Of a stretch of 64,000 bases of DNA, positions 1 through 8,313 are shown piece by piece. Positions within the stretch are counted from its first letter, which is position 1. Every line of letters begins with the position of its first letter. The DNA lies in NCBI GenBank assembly GCA_021850865.1, contig JAJZKN010000001.1:158834-222833 (forward strand), written 5' to 3'. The notes below the pieces were generated by a model. That model was not told where the DNA came from, made no database searches, and saw only the letters and a list, made by a program, of their open reading frames with translations. Origin of the DNA: a bacterium. Its GTDB lineage: Bacteria; Patescibacteriota; Saccharimonadia; Saccharimonadales; UBA4665. Made by a program: the position numbers and the translations under genes.

Positions 1-1806
1 AGCGCCGGCCGCGTTCAGTCCGTGGCCGTACGATTAATCGTCGAGAGGGAACGAGAAATCCGTAACTTTAATTCTGTTAGTAGCTTCAAAATTAATGCTC
101 TATTTTCAAGCGGCCAACTAGAGATACCGGCCACTCTCAATGCTGCTATTGACGACTATAATTCAGTAGCCGAGTGGCTTAAGCTGACATCTCAAGCTGA
201 CTTCAACGTTAAGGCAGCCGAGACCAAACCTGCCAGGCGCAGCCCAAGCCCGCCTTTTACCACCAGCACCCTACAACAGGAAGCAGCCCGGCGATTAGGC
301 TTCAGTGTTCGCCAAACAATGACCCTGGCGCAAAGACTGTATGAAGCCGGTCTGATAACCTATATGCGCACTGACAGCACTACCTTATCGTCTTTGGCTA
401 TCGGTTCGGTCGGAGACTATATCAATAAAGTGTACGGCGACAAGTACCACCAAGTCAGGCAGTACCGGACCAAGAACCTTAATGCCCAAGAGGCACACGA
501 AGCAATTAGGCCGACAGATGTAGGTCTGACCAGTATTCAAGGTGATCAGACCGAACGAAAGCTCTATGATTTGATCTGGCGCCGGACTGTTGCCTCACAA
601 ATGACGGACGCCAGCATCAGCCGCAGCGAACTAGATATTTCCATATCTAATCAGTCACAGTATTTCATTGCTAAAGGTGAAGTACTGGAATTTGACGGGT
701 TCTTGAAGGTTTATGGCGGCAGTAAGGATGATGTTATTTTGCCCAAAATAGAAATTGGCCAAAAGCTTTCGCTAAACCAGTTACAGGCTAAAGAACAGTT
801 TAGTCGAGCGCCGACCCGCTACGGCGAGGCCGGCCTGGTCAGAAAACTGGAAGATTTGGGCATCGGCCGGCCGAGCACTTACGCGCCAACCATATCGACC
901 ATTCAATCGCGCGGCTATGTTGAGAAAACCGACGTAATTGGCGAGCCGCGACAAATACGCGTTCTGACAATCCGACCAGATGGACCGATTCAAGATAGCG
1001 AGGAAACAGAAAGCTACGGCGCCAACCGCGCTAAACTAATTCCTACTCCTATTGCCGAAGTAGTGACCGACTTCTTGGTTAAATATTTTCCGGCAGTAAT
1101 CGACTATGATTTTACCGCCAAAGTGGAAGAGGATTTTGACAAAATAGCTCTCGGTAAACGACAGTGGAATAAAATGATCGCCGATTTTTACCGCGGCTTT
1201 CATCCCCTAATTGAGAAAACCGAGGAATTATCGCGCCATGAAGTATCCCAGGCACGACTAGTTGGTGCCGACCCTAAGTCGTCTAAACCGATATACGCCC
1301 GTTTCGGCCGCTACAGTCCGATGCTCCAAAGAGGAGAAACAACGGATGAGACGAAACCAGAATTCGCAGCCTTACCCGACGGCACCACGATCGAAAATGT
1401 CACCCTGGAACAGGCTTTAGTGATGTTTCAACTTCCGAGACTGGTTGGAAAAACAGGGAAGGGAGAGGATATTCTAGCTAACATCGGGCGTTTCGGGCCT
1501 TACGTCAAAGTTGGTGCATTGTCGGTTTCAATCAGGGGCTATGACCCTCACACGATAAATGAAGCAGAAGCCAATTTACTTTATGAAGAAAAGCTGAAAA
1601 AAGAAGCTGAAAAAAACATTAAAGAGCTAAATAACGGCATTAAGATTATTAACGGTCCTTACGGTCCATATGTTACGAACGGCAAAAAAAATGCCAAGAT
1701 AGATAAGTCTATGGACCCCAAGGCTATTGATCAAAAAACCGCCGAGGATTTACTTGCTAAGGCGCCGCAAAAGCGCCGGCGGATCCAGCGAAAGAAAAAT
1801 AAATAG
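1..1806 (+). CDS. topA: DNA topoisomerase I, C-terminal ~600 aa (5' end lies outside the window)
   Basis: Frame 1 is open from base 1 (SAGRVQSVAVRLIVEREREIRNF). It has the type IA core with the active-site Tyr motif GLITYMRTDS. The C-terminal region carries GRFGPYV-type repeats and a Lys/Arg tail instead of Zn ribbons. Confidence 0.93.
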   Translation, partial: SAGRVQSVAVRLIVEREREIRNFNSVSSFKINALFSSGQLEIPATLNAAIDDYNSVAEWLKLTSQADFNVKAAETKPARRSPSPPFTTSTLQQEAARRLGFSVRQTMTLAQRLYEAGLITYMRTDSTTLSSLAIGSVGDYINKVYGDKYHQVRQYRTKNLNAQEAHEAIRPTDVGLTSIQGDQTERKLYDLIWRRTVASQMTDASISRSELDISISNQSQYFIAKGEVLEFDGFLKVYGGSKDDVILPKIEIGQKLSLNQLQAKEQFSRAPTRYGEAGLVRKLEDLGIGRPSTYAPTISTIQSRGYVEKTDVIGEPRQIRVLTIRPDGPIQDSEETESYGANRAKLIPTPIAEVVTDFLVKYFPAVIDYDFTAKVEEDFDKIALGKRQWNKMIADFYRGFHPLIEKTEELSRHEVSQARLVGADPKSSKPIYARFGRYSPMLQRGETTDETKPEFAALPDGTTIENVTLEQALVMFQLPRLVGKTGKGEDILANIGRFGPYVKVGALSVSIRGYDPHTINEAEANLLYEEKLKKEAEKNIKELNNGIKIINGPYGPYVTNGKKNAKIDKSMDPKAIDQKTAEDLLAKAPQKRRRIQRKKNK

Positions 1807-1905
1807 TTTTAAGCATAACGCAAATAGATTATCTTATTTATATCTTACGACATCGTCTATGCAGCATAGTCATTATTGTGCTACAATAACTATAGAAGAA
1901 AGTCT

Positions 1906-1934
1906 TTGACTTTTGGCCTTTTAGGTTATATAGT
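1906..1934 (+). promoter_or_regulatory. Sigma70-type promoter candidate for the 1980-3029 gene
   Basis: TTGACT (1906-1911), 17-nt spacer, TATAGT (1929-1934), about 45 nt upstream of the ATG at 1980. Confidence 0.45.
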
Positions 1935-1979
1935 AATATAAAGACTGTGGTCAATTTTAAGCAGAAAGAAGAACTAGTA

Positions 1980-3029
1980 ATGGCTGACAATAAACCAGAT
2001 AACCACCTTTCCACCCAAGAATTAATTAACGGGGTGTTGCAGTTTATTGATCGGGAAAGAGAGCGAGAAATCATTTCCCGCCGGTTTGGCTTGTTTGATC
2101 GAAAAGAAACTCTTGAACAGATCGGTGAGTTACTGGGGATTACCCGCGAAAGGGTAAGACAACTCGAAAAATCTGTTTTACAAAAACTCAAAAGTGCAGG
2201 AGAGAAGCATGAGCTGACCGGTATTGACGAATTTCAGTCAGTTGTCTTAAAAGAACTGGGAATTGTCGGTCAAGTGGTACGGATCAGCGATCTAGCATCA
2301 AGAATGGTAGCGGAACCGAACAAACTAGAACAATCGAGAATTACATTTTTGGCCAGCCTTTGCCCAAATCTAGTCGTAATACAAGATGATGACAATTTTT
2401 ATGCCTGTGTTAGCAATAAACAGCTCTATAGCGAGAAGCAATTACGGGATACAATTACCAAGGTTGCCGATAGCGTAGCTAAGCTGGGCGAACCTCGGCC
2501 GATCGCCGAAGTCGCCAAGCAGGCCGATATAGACGACACCAGGAGAGTTGAGGCGTTAGCTAATACATCCAAAAGACTAACTAGCCTCAATAGCCAGTGG
2601 GGTTTGATCAAGTGGCCGCTAGTCAACCCAAAGAATATCCGCGACAAGATATACGTGATTTTAAAGGAAAAAGGCCGCCACATGCACTTTAACGAAATCG
2701 CTGAAGCGATTAAATCCAGTGATTTTAAACGTAAAAACGTCACTACCCAGGCAATTCACAACGAGCTGATTAAAGACAAAAGGTTCGTGCTGATCGGCAG
2801 AGGGATATACGCCCTTAAAGAATGGGGGTATGAAAAAGGTACTGTCGCCGATATTATTAGCGAGGTCCTACGCAAAGCCAATCAACCACTGCATCGGGAT
2901 GAAATTGTTAAACAGGTACTTAAAAGCCGTTTTGTTAAAGAAACCACCATCTTATTGAACTTACAAGGTAAACCCCAGTTCAAACGCGTCGCCAAAGCAA
3001 CCTACGAATTATCCGAGCCCGAAGCTTAA
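1980..3029 (+). CDS. Sigma-70 region-4-like HTH fused to HARE-HTH/winged-helix domains (DNA-binding protein, not a complete sigma factor)
   Basis: The N-terminus has ETLEQIGELLGITRERVRQLEKSVLQKLK (sigma region 4.2-like) and no region 2. The C-terminal half has RpoE-delta/HARE-HTH-like segments HFNEIAEAIK...GRGIYALKEWGY and PLHRDEIVKQVL. The ATG at 1980 follows the purine-rich GAAAGAAGAA. The ORF is also open from the GTG at 1947. Confidence 0.75.
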   Translation: MADNKPDNHLSTQELINGVLQFIDREREREIISRRFGLFDRKETLEQIGELLGITRERVRQLEKSVLQKLKSAGEKHELTGIDEFQSVVLKELGIVGQVVRISDLASRMVAEPNKLEQSRITFLASLCPNLVVIQDDDNFYACVSNKQLYSEKQLRDTITKVADSVAKLGEPRPIAEVAKQADIDDTRRVEALANTSKRLTSLNSQWGLIKWPLVNPKNIRDKIYVILKEKGRHMHFNEIAEAIKSSDFKRKNVTTQAIHNELIKDKRFVLIGRGIYALKEWGYEKGTVADIISEVLRKANQPLHRDEIVKQVLKSRFVKETTILLNLQGKPQFKRVAKATYELSEPEA

Positions 3030-3284
3030 AAGCCGGCTACCGCGCATTGACTAAAACGTATCTAGTAGTAGTTGTTCTAAAAAACCCTATAAAAACATCA
3101 TACAAAATACGAACAGAGTATTTATGGCAAGTTTTGTGAAGCTGCAACAAAAGAATTTAAGAAAACTAGAGTTCTAGCTCTGAGAGCGGGGAAACATTTA
3201 GCTAAAACAAATTGGCAAAATAAAAACAAGCAGAAGTTCGCGGCGGTGAAGCGTCCAAGAACAACAAAGTCTTATATAGATACC

Positions 3285-3312
3285 ACGTCGCACAATGTAT
3301 ATTTTGCGACTC
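3285..3312. other. dif-like Xer recombination site candidate (11-6-11 architecture)
   Basis: The site reads ACGTCGCACAA-TGTATA-TTTTGCGACTC. The arms GTCGCA (3287-3292) and TGCGAC (3305-3310) are perfect inverted repeats. The inner 19 nt match the E. coli dif core GCGCATAATGTATATTATG at 16/19 positions, including an identical TGTATA central hexamer. The site lies at a convergent gene-orientation switch. Confidence 0.6.
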
Positions 3313-3797
3313 TATTGTATTTCAACAGAGCTTATAAACAATACCTTATTGCAGGGCAGCGGTAAGGAGTTGTGCTAATTATTTTAACTATTTTTTTAAG
3401 CCTTAGCTTAATTAAACTATTCCTCATTGATTAAGTTAATAACGGCACTAGCTATAGTCACTACTGATACCGTTCCGCAGTATCAAAGCTCATTTTGACT
3501 TTTGTGATTTTTAATTCATAGTATAGTTTTCCACAAGTAAGCGTTTGCATTTTATACCTTTTATATTTATATATATCTACCCTGTCCTATTCCCTGCTTA
3601 GCACAAATTTATTTGACTTTTGCTACAGCGCATATGGTTGTATGTTTTTTTTGAAAAGTTAAGTACTTATACACTAAACAAAACACGAACACTTCCGGGA
3701 AGAGAGACGGGGGAGCGGCTTACCTGATTATTTAGTAATTATTTTAGTTCAACTTTTAGCAACCGCCAGAAACAGTTACTTTTTGAATAATCTAACC

Positions 3798-4781
3798 TTA
3801 CTTATAATAAGCCCGGCCGTCTACCCTGACGTCTATATACTGGGTTGGCAGTGGTTTATTTTGTTGCTTGAGCGTCGCGAGTGTCGCTAGATACGTTCCG
3901 GTTTGTTGCCGGGCATCGCTTTGGTGCAGGTTAAACTTTACGTAATATGGCTGCGCCGTAGGGTATACGTCCAACTCTTCAGCCGCCGGAGTCAATATCA
4001 TCTTGTTAATAGCGACTCCCTTTTCTTGGAGTATCGTCACGACCGTTAGAATAAATTGCACATCTTCCGGCGTTAACACCTGCTGACCGTCGATTACCTG
4101 GTTTAATAACGGGTCCTGGACCGCTTTCAGGTTAGCCGCCTGTTTCAAACTGATAGCTTGCAAGGGTGCCACGATTACACCAGAACTGTCCGCCAGGTAA
4201 CTATTGCCGGTATTTATCGCCGTAACTATTAGAGCCGGTTGCTGTAGCTGCAAGTACAAATGCGGCGTCGAACCAAACAACGGCACCCTTACGGATACCG
4301 ATTGGATTTCGGGAAACACTCTAATGATGTCAGCAGCGATCGCCGACTGATTAATTGTCAGTTTATTCTGATTATATATCGAAGAGTTAATAGCTTTTGC
4401 CGCTGCCGCCTGGTAATTTGCCAAACTATGCGGCATGTAGTTATACCCTGGCGGTTGAATAATACTAATTAACGCGCTGGAGGCGCTGATATTCAATTCG
4501 AAAAGTACTGCCCCAAGAATAAAGATCAAAAGTATCAAGGTGGCCCAGCGGCGGAATTTAAGCCCAGAAGAAGTATCGTTTCGGCTCGCCGGCACATGGT
4601 TATTTTGTTCGGAGCGGCGAACTGCTGATAGTTTTTCCGTCTGACCAACCCGACTGCCCGGTATTCTGTTGGCATTTAACGGATATGGAGTAGCTCTGTT
4701 GGTGTCATCACGCAGTGGCGACAAGCTTCTTCGTCGTCGAAATTGTGTTTCATCTGCTGTCTGGTTTTTACGCTTAAACAC
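3798..4781 (-). CDS. ftsQ: Cell division protein FtsQ-like (single TM plus POTRA-type domain)
   Basis: It is the last gene of the dcw cluster, directly after murG. It has a basic N-terminal tail, one TM (WATLILLIFILGAVLF) and a periplasmic domain of FtsQ/DivIB size. Confidence 0.75.
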   Translation of the reverse strand: MFKRKNQTADETQFRRRRSLSPLRDDTNRATPYPLNANRIPGSRVGQTEKLSAVRRSEQNNHVPASRNDTSSGLKFRRWATLILLIFILGAVLFELNISASSALISIIQPPGYNYMPHSLANYQAAAAKAINSSIYNQNKLTINQSAIAADIIRVFPEIQSVSVRVPLFGSTPHLYLQLQQPALIVTAINTGNSYLADSSGVIVAPLQAISLKQAANLKAVQDPLLNQVIDGQQVLTPEDVQFILTVVTILQEKGVAINKMILTPAAEELDVYPTAQPYYVKFNLHQSDARQQTGTYLATLATLKQQNKPLPTQYIDVRVDGRAYYK

Positions 4782-4816
4782 TAATACCCCTCCTCCACTT
4801 CCCTGAGCCTAAACGG

Positions 4817-5971
4817 CTAAGCTGCAATCTCTAAGATAAGTTTAGCAATAACCTTGGCAGAATTGGAAACGGCATATTGAGAAAATTTATTAGACAAGTT
4901 GTTACGCAATTTCTCGTTATCTATCAATTCAACTATTAACATTGCTAGTCGTCTCTCTTGTTCGGCTTGGTCTTCACTTAACTCTAGAACTGCTTTTTCT
5001 TCAGCCAGCATTTTCGAGTTTTTAACGTTCCAGATTAACTGTTTGCTGGGAATAATAATACAGGGCTTGGCCTGAGCGGCGAATTCCGCAAGATTGGTCG
5101 CCCCTCCCCTGGCAATAACCACATCTGCCGCACCGCTATAAACATATAAATTATTGACAAAATCTGTTACGATCACCCGCGCCCGATTCTTGGCTGGCAG
5201 CAGCTGGTCATACTGCAAGGCAACCCCATCGGCCAATGTCCGGCCGGCAATATGCAATAGTGCCATTTTTGGATACCTTTCAAGTAAATAGGCTGCATTA
5301 GCCGTCACGAAATCGTTAAGTTTTTTAGCGCCATTACCGCCACCGGTAACACATACAACCCATTGATACTTACTTAGACCCAGTTGGCGCCTAAAAGCAG
5401 CCATATCTTTCGGCCCTACTGGCGAATATTTAGAGCTGATAGGTACGCCTACCTGTATAGTCTTTTCTATTGGATAAGGATAGTGTTCAACCGGCAAGGC
5501 TACAGCATGCTTGGCTGCCCAAGGTGCAATTATCCGGTTAGCTAAACTAGGAATGCTATCCGAGTCATGCGTTATATATGGAATACCCCTTAGCCGGGCA
5601 GCTAACGCTACCGGCACGCTCACGAAACTGCCGCGGGTAAACACCGCATCGGGCCGTAATTTGCCGAGTAATCGCCAGCTTTGCCAGATGCCGCCAAGCA
5701 CCCGAAAACCGTCACGCAAATTCTGATACTGAGTCTTTAAGTCAAACACTTGCCTCCAGCCAACCCCGTGATAGCGTCGAAGCTTACCGGCTAAAATTTC
5801 ATAAGTCGAGTCAATATTTGCATCGTTTTGCGGAACATCGGTCAGTTTGTCTCCTTTCTGACCAATATATATTACCGATATCTGCCGGTTAAGCTTCTTT
5901 AGTTCGGCCGCGACCGCCAAAACCGGGGTTATGTGCCCCCCCGAACCGCCGCCGGTGACCACTATAGTCAT
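4817..5971 (-). CDS. murG: UDP-N-acetylglucosamine--N-acetylmuramyl-(pentapeptide) pyrophosphoryl-undecaprenol GlcNAc transferase
   Basis: The N-terminal motif VVTGGGSGGHITPVLAV matches the MurG G-loop. It is a GT28 two-domain protein of the expected length and sits in dcw context. Confidence 0.92.
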   Translation of the reverse strand: MTIVVTGGGSGGHITPVLAVAAELKKLNRQISVIYIGQKGDKLTDVPQNDANIDSTYEILAGKLRRYHGVGWRQVFDLKTQYQNLRDGFRVLGGIWQSWRLLGKLRPDAVFTRGSFVSVPVALAARLRGIPYITHDSDSIPSLANRIIAPWAAKHAVALPVEHYPYPIEKTIQVGVPISSKYSPVGPKDMAAFRRQLGLSKYQWVVCVTGGGNGAKKLNDFVTANAAYLLERYPKMALLHIAGRTLADGVALQYDQLLPAKNRARVIVTDFVNNLYVYSGAADVVIARGGATNLAEFAAQAKPCIIIPSKQLIWNVKNSKMLAEEKAVLELSEDQAEQERRLAMLIVELIDNEKLRNNLSNKFSQYAVSNSAKVIAKLILEIAA

Positions 5972-7223
5972 TGCCGCTTATCCTTTCCATTAATTTTAAT
6001 CTATCCCGGTCAGGACCGACATGCGAACCGTAACGGGATATCTGGTAAACCAGACCCATTGAAGTAGCAAAAAACACTACCGACGTGCCACCATAGCTAA
6101 CAAACGGCAGCGTTATCCCTTTAAGCGGCAGCAGTCCAATCATCGCCCCTATATTAATGACTGTTTCTACGCTGATCCAAATCAATACTCCGAAGACTAT
6201 CAACCGACTAAAATCATCCGGAGCCCGCTCACCGATCTTGGCTATGCGATAAAACAAGGCTCCGAACACCAATAACAGTAATGCCGAGCCAATAAATCCG
6301 AATTTCTCAGCAAAAATAGCGAAAATCGAGTCATTGTCCGCCTCTGGAAGGTAACCGTAAGCCTGAACGCTGCTGCCCAGACCCAATCCGGTAAAGCCGC
6401 CGCTACCGACGGCGATTATTGACTGACAGGCCTGGTAACCGGTAGTTTGACAGTTGGTGTCCGGGTGTAGAAATGTCTCAAGTCTGGCTCGACGGTAAGG
6501 TGTAGCAATAATTGCCAGAAATGTCCCGAGCGCAATGATTCCACCGAAAATAAAAATTCGCTTCAGTGGCAAACCGGCGACATAAGCCATTAGACCAAGC
6601 ATGACTACGATTACTCCGGTTGAGCCCAGATCGCTTTGTGTCACCGCCACAACAAACCCGACCACCAACATAACAATCAGTAATGGGTAAGCAGTTTTTT
6701 TAAAATTGTTGATGGTGCCGTTTTTTAACCGAATGGCCAGGAAATTTGCCGCCCAAATTAATAACGCGAAGATCAGAAGATCGACGGATTCAAACGACAA
6801 ACTACCAAGACGCACCCATCGATGAGCCGGATAATTGGGATTGACCGGTAAAGCAATTGCTACGAGTGTAGCCAGGATCGCAAAACCCAATAATAACTTA
6901 TACGATCGACGCCATCTCTCCAGAGGTATGCTGGCGGTTACAAAAAAAGCTATAGCTGCCAGCACGATTGCCAAGATTTGCCTTTCAACATAATAACTGC
7001 CGGATACTCCACTGGTTTGCGCCAAAGCTGGACTGATAGAATAAATTACCATTAGACCGGTTGCCAACAAGATTGCGCACAGCACAATCAGCCAATGATC
7101 GGGTTTATGCCGGCGCAGCAAAGCAAGACGATCGCCATTGCTTTGACTTCCGGCAAACGCCGGACTGGAAGTAGCCCTGGTTCTTCGTCTAGCTAATTGC
7201 CCTCTGTTCGCAAAGAGCATCAA
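5889..7223 (-). CDS. ftsW: SEDS-family peptidoglycan glycosyltransferase FtsW
   Basis: It is a polytopic membrane protein with the SEDS motif LPFVSYGGTSVV, located between mraY and murG. The last ~27 codons overlap murG by 83 nt. Confidence 0.9.
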   Translation of the reverse strand: MMLFANRGQLARRRTRATSSPAFAGSQSNGDRLALLRRHKPDHWLIVLCAILLATGLMVIYSISPALAQTSGVSGSYYVERQILAIVLAAIAFFVTASIPLERWRRSYKLLLGFAILATLVAIALPVNPNYPAHRWVRLGSLSFESVDLLIFALLIWAANFLAIRLKNGTINNFKKTAYPLLIVMLVVGFVVAVTQSDLGSTGVIVVMLGLMAYVAGLPLKRIFIFGGIIALGTFLAIIATPYRRARLETFLHPDTNCQTTGYQACQSIIAVGSGGFTGLGLGSSVQAYGYLPEADNDSIFAIFAEKFGFIGSALLLLVFGALFYRIAKIGERAPDDFSRLIVFGVLIWISVETVINIGAMIGLLPLKGITLPFVSYGGTSVVFFATSMGLVYQISRYGSHVGPDRDRLKLMERISGNDYSGHRRRFGGAHNPGFGGRGRTKEA

Positions 7224-8263
7224 CCGTACCTACCGAGAATAAACACAATAAGCCCGATGACCGCAGCAATTTGCCCAAGTATCCAAAAACGCATGGTGAC
7301 CTTGGTTTCCGGCCAGCCTAACGCTTCAAAGTGGTGATGTATCGGCGAAGATAAGAAAACCTTCTTGCCATGTCTTAACTTCTTAGAGGTACGATTAATA
7401 ATTACTGACCCGGTTTCGATAACGTACACAGCTCCGATGATCGGTAAAACATAGATTGTATCAGTTTGCATTGCAATAATTCCAAGCGCCATTCCCAGCG
7501 CAAACGAACCGACGTCACCCATGAAGAACCGAGCTGGATAAATATTAAACCAGGTGTAGCTCAGTAACGCGCCAACGATCGCCAGACAAAAGCCAGCGAT
7601 CTCGTATTTGCTTTCAATTGCAGCGATAATCGAATACGCCAGAAACGAAGAAACCAACAGCCCCCCCGCCAGACCGTCCAAACCATCAGTAATATTAACG
7701 GCGTTGGCGGTAGCCACAACGACGAACCAGAATAAGAACACTATGCCGGCACCAATGAATACATGGTGTAACCCCGGCAGAAAAATAGTGTTGACGCCTA
7801 TTTTTTCATAAAACCAATAACCGCCCACGATACCGACAACGCTGTAGAGAAAAAACTTAATCGTCGCTCGCATGCCGGCAATCGATTTATTGCTACCGCG
7901 AATATTCATCACATCGTCAATTAGGCCAATGCCGGCGGCGGCCACCATTCCGGCTAGCGGCAACCAGGTCTGTGAGCGTTTTAAATCAGCCAGGAAAACA
8001 ACGAGAGCTATCGACACGACGAATACCATACCGGCCATATTGGGGATATTGCGCTTATGTTTACTGGCATGAAGCTTGGCGTATACCGTCGCCTCTCCTC
8101 CGCTCCAAGCTTCGGTTCTAGCCCTTTTCCACCACTGGTACTTATATGCCAAAGTTGTATAAATCGGAGTTAGGGCCATCGATAGAATAAAGGCCAAGAA
8201 ACCGAGCAGCAACATGTGGACTAAAGTCTGGCTTTGAATGGCAATATGTAATGTTCGGTTCAT
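7220..8263 (-). CDS. mraY: Phospho-N-acetylmuramoyl-pentapeptide transferase
   Basis: It has the motifs NAVNITDGLDGLAGG, GLIDDVMN and HHHFE. It is a 10-TM-type protein. It shares a 4-nt overlap with the ftsW start. Confidence 0.93.
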   Translation of the reverse strand: MNRTLHIAIQSQTLVHMLLLGFLAFILSMALTPIYTTLAYKYQWWKRARTEAWSGGEATVYAKLHASKHKRNIPNMAGMVFVVSIALVVFLADLKRSQTWLPLAGMVAAAGIGLIDDVMNIRGSNKSIAGMRATIKFFLYSVVGIVGGYWFYEKIGVNTIFLPGLHHVFIGAGIVFLFWFVVVATANAVNITDGLDGLAGGLLVSSFLAYSIIAAIESKYEIAGFCLAIVGALLSYTWFNIYPARFFMGDVGSFALGMALGIIAMQTDTIYVLPIIGAVYVIETGSVIINRTSKKLRHGKKVFLSSPIHHHFEALGWPETKVTMRFWILGQIAAVIGLIVFILGRYG

Positions 8264-8313
8264 GTTATTTTTGTACTAGTATACTCTTTGGTTTAAGTAA
8301 TTAACAGATCATA

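Noticed and set aside
3690-3735. CTTCCGGGAAGAGAGACGGGGGAGCGGCTTACC, which vaguely resembles the SRP RNA GGAA motif or the RNase P 3' CCCGGCUUA segment.
   Set aside because: The other obligatory conserved blocks (for example GGAAAGUCC of RNase P, or the SRP domain IV symmetric loop) are absent nearby. The similarity is too short to call.
3030-3797. oriC in the large AT-rich gap.
   Set aside because: The flanking genes converge on the gap rather than diverge from it. Only a single DnaA-box-like 9-mer is present. The dif-like palindrome fits a terminus better.
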